DNA of 32,000 nt from the NCBI GenBank assembly GCA_016867395.1, contig VGJS01000004.1:80966-112965 (forward strand), given 5' to 3'. Positions 29,995 through 32,000 of the stretch are shown one piece after another; within the stretch, counting starts at the first letter, position 1; each line of letters opens with the position of its first letter. The DNA is from Candidatus Handelsmanbacteria bacterium. GTDB lineage: Bacteria; Latescibacterota; UBA2968; UBA8231. Below the pieces are notes generated by a model. That model searched no databases and was not told where the DNA came from. It saw only the letters and a program-made list of their open reading frames with translations. Made by a program: the position numbers and the translations under genes.

Positions 29995-31278
29995 TTACAT
30001 GACCCCATCCAGAAGCAGCACCGCGTCCTCCCAGTGCCCCGGGGTAGCGAACCACCGGGTGCGCCCCTCGGGGAAGGTGCGCTCGTTGAGGTTGCCAGTG
30101 GGGTGGGTGCCCCCGTCCTTCTCCTCCCCGTTCTGCGCATTGACCCAGGTGGCCTTCACCTGGCGGTTCAGGATCTTGTCCAGGTGCAGCAATACGTGGC
30201 ACTGGCCGCTTAAGTAGACCATCGCTCCGCTGCCCTCGGGGTGGCGCAGCGCCGCGTTGAGGGTGCGCTCGCTGCCCACGCCGCTGGCGAAGAGCCCTTG
30301 GTCGGGAATCATTTCCCACCAGCGGCGCGAGCTGGCGATGGCGCGGAACTGCCCCATCTGCAATGCCGCCGGGGTATCGAAGGTCGAGGCCCACTCCGGC
30401 CCCATCCGCCACATCTGATCCTGGCCGTAGGTGGAGAACCCGCCGGCCATGAAGGCCCACCAAACCTGGCGCCGCACAATAAGCGGGGTGATGGGCCCCT
30501 GGGGGTACTCCGGCCCATTCTCGTACGCCCCCTCCCCCAGCACCACCGGCTTGAGGGGTAGCAGTTCGCGGTCGGCCCGCACCGCCGGGTAGACCTTGCT
30601 CCACTCGGTCCAGGTCTGGATCATGTTGAAATCCAACCACTCCTCCCCGTGGAAGAACTGCGAGGAGGAGCGCCAGCCGCAGGGGTGGTAGGTGATCAGG
30701 TGTGCCCCCCCGTCCCCCTCGCGCAGCCCTTGGGCCAAGGCCCGGTACACCTCTTCGTATCCGGTGGGGATGCGGTCGCCGCCGTTCACCCAGACTATAT
30801 TGGGCCACTCCCGGTACCGGTTGCCCAGCCAAAGGCCATAGGCACGGGCGTTGGCCGCGGTGAGGGTGGGGACGTTGTTGACGTAGTACCCCCAGGTCGG
30901 GAGCATGGCCAGCACTAGTCCTTGGGCGCCGGCGTACTCCACCAGGTGGTCCACATGGCGGAAGTATTCCTCGTTGGGGCGAGAGGGGTCTTCGTCCAGC
31001 CAGGGTAGATGGCCGGCATAGTTGGCGCCCGGCGCCCGAGTCTCGAAGCCCGTGCCCCCGCCCCAGGCCAGCACCCCCTGGATAACCGTGAAACCCTGCT
31101 GGCCGCGCCGGGCAAGGTACGCCTCGGCCTCCTCGCGGGGATACTGCCCGAGGAGAGGCCAGGCCGTATCCCCCAGCCAGAAGAAGGGGTCCCCCTCGGC
31201 GTCGATGAAATAACGGCCGTTCTCGCTGACCGCAATGGGGCCGCGCTGGGCGGCGGGAGCTCTGGCAGACATGGCCAC
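29995..31278 (-). CDS. DUF4038 / glycoside hydrolase family 140-like protein
   Basis: 427 aa with ENGRYFIDAEGDPFFWLGDTAWPL...GFTVIQGVL...WVNGGD...LITYHP...GEGAYE. This TIM-barrel pattern is what I associate with DUF4038 (GH140), followed by a C-terminal beta-sandwich. No obvious signal peptide. Confidence 0.7.
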   Translation of the reverse strand: MAMSARAPAAQRGPIAVSENGRYFIDAEGDPFFWLGDTAWPLLGQYPREEAEAYLARRGQQGFTVIQGVLAWGGGTGFETRAPGANYAGHLPWLDEDPSRPNEEYFRHVDHLVEYAGAQGLVLAMLPTWGYYVNNVPTLTAANARAYGLWLGNRYREWPNIVWVNGGDRIPTGYEEVYRALAQGLREGDGGAHLITYHPCGWRSSSQFFHGEEWLDFNMIQTWTEWSKVYPAVRADRELLPLKPVVLGEGAYENGPEYPQGPITPLIVRRQVWWAFMAGGFSTYGQDQMWRMGPEWASTFDTPAALQMGQFRAIASSRRWWEMIPDQGLFASGVGSERTLNAALRHPEGSGAMVYLSGQCHVLLHLDKILNRQVKATWVNAQNGEEKDGGTHPTGNLNERTFPEGRTRWFATPGHWEDAVLLLDGVM

Positions 31279-31281
31279 CTC

Positions 31282-32000
31282 TCAGCTTTTCATCTTGGGG
31301 TCCAGAGCATCCCGCAGCCCGTCCCCCAGCAGGTTGTACATGGTCACGGTGAGGAAGATGGCCAGGCCCGGCACCACCACCAGCCACCAGGCCGCCGCGT
31401 TGCTGCGCGCCCCGGCCAGGAGCGAGCCCCAGGTCACGGCCTCGGCCGGCACCCCGATCCCCAGAAAGCTCAGGCCCGACTCGGCCAGGATGGCCCCGGC
31501 CACCCCGAATGCCGCGGGGATCAACACCGGGGCGATGGCGTTGGGCAGGATGTGGACGAACATGATCCGCCCATTGGAACAGCCCAGGCTGCGGGCCGCG
31601 GCCACGTAGTCGAAGCTGCGCACCTGAAGGAACTGCGAGCGGGCCAGCCGGGCGATGCCCACCCAGCTGGTGAAGCCGATGATGACCATGACGAAGAAGA
31701 GGCTGGGCGGAAAGAAGGCGGCGGCAGTCAGAATCAGAAAAAAACTGGGGATGGCCGCCCACAGCTCGAAGAAGCGGGAGAGGATCAGATCGACCCAGCC
31801 CCCGAAGTACCCGGCCAGGGCGCCCAGGGCCAGGCCGATGACCAGGGAGATGCCCACCGAGACCAGGCCGATGGTCAGGGCGTAGCGCGAGCCGTGGATC
31901 AGGCCCGACAACACGTCGCGGCCCAGCCGGTCCGTGCCCAGCCAGTGCTCGGCCCCTGGGGGCTGGTACTTGTCGGCAAGCTGGATCTCGCCGGGGCCAT
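31282..32000 (-). CDS. ABC transporter permease, Opp/Dpp (OppC/DppC) type; 5' end outside the window
   Basis: The reading frame continues upstream of the track ORF to the window edge (..GEIQLADKYQPPGAEHWLGTDRLGRDVLSGLIHGSRYAL..). It carries the EAA-like motif AARSLGCSNGRIMFVHILPN and the C-terminal LLGDGLRDALDPK typical of OppC/DppC. Confidence 0.88.
   Translation of the reverse strand, partial: GPGEIQLADKYQPPGAEHWLGTDRLGRDVLSGLIHGSRYALTIGLVSVGISLVIGLALGALAGYFGGWVDLILSRFFELWAAIPSFFLILTAAAFFPPSLFFVMVIIGFTSWVGIARLARSQFLQVRSFDYVAAARSLGCSNGRIMFVHILPNAIAPVLIPAAFGVAGAILAESGLSFLGIGVPAEAVTWGSLLAGARSNAAAWWLVVVPGLAIFLTVTMYNLLGDGLRDALDPKMKS

Overview
GC-rich bacterial chromosomal segment with Shine-Dalgarno-type RBSs. 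It is probably from a Gram-negative, possibly uncultivated lineage, but I cannot place it without a database search. Nearly all content is core housekeeping. There is a partial htrA and clpB at the left edge, then a DUF5610-like orphan, a beta-CASP MBL RNase and an MscS-type channel. A disrupted REC-only response regulator and a disrupted OmpA-like gene follow. From about 8.6 to 27.9 kb runs one long co-directional minus-strand array: PiT, DUF47, corA (disrupted), an uncharacterised beta-barrel plus lipoprotein pair, metK, ptsI, ptsH, a PHP/CpsB-like phosphatase (disrupted), a GGGPS-family prenyltransferase, alaS, recX, recA, pgpA, pgsA, recR, dnaX, SRP RNA, tRNA-Ala, two tRNA-Ser and tadA. 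After that come an E. coli-type lysA (+), a DUF4038/GH140-like hydrolase and a partial Opp/Dpp-type ABC permease. I see no CRISPR array, transposase, integrase, toxin-antitoxin pair or recognisable defence system. Four things deserve a second look. (1) A translationally coupled lipoprotein plus PorV/FadL-like barrel pair of unknown function. (2) An 88-bp near-identical in-frame direct repeat in that barrel gene, which adds a Ca-binding-like tail after the expected C-terminal beta-signal. (3) An archaeal-type GGGPS-family gene embedded in a bacterial housekeeping operon near pgsA/pgpA. (4) At least 10 frame-disrupting lesions confined to four genes, while about 24 kb of neighbouring coding sequence is intact. 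Most long + strand ORFs in the track opposite the minus-strand genes are high-GC antisense artefacts. All calls rest on my own reading and translation, not on any search.
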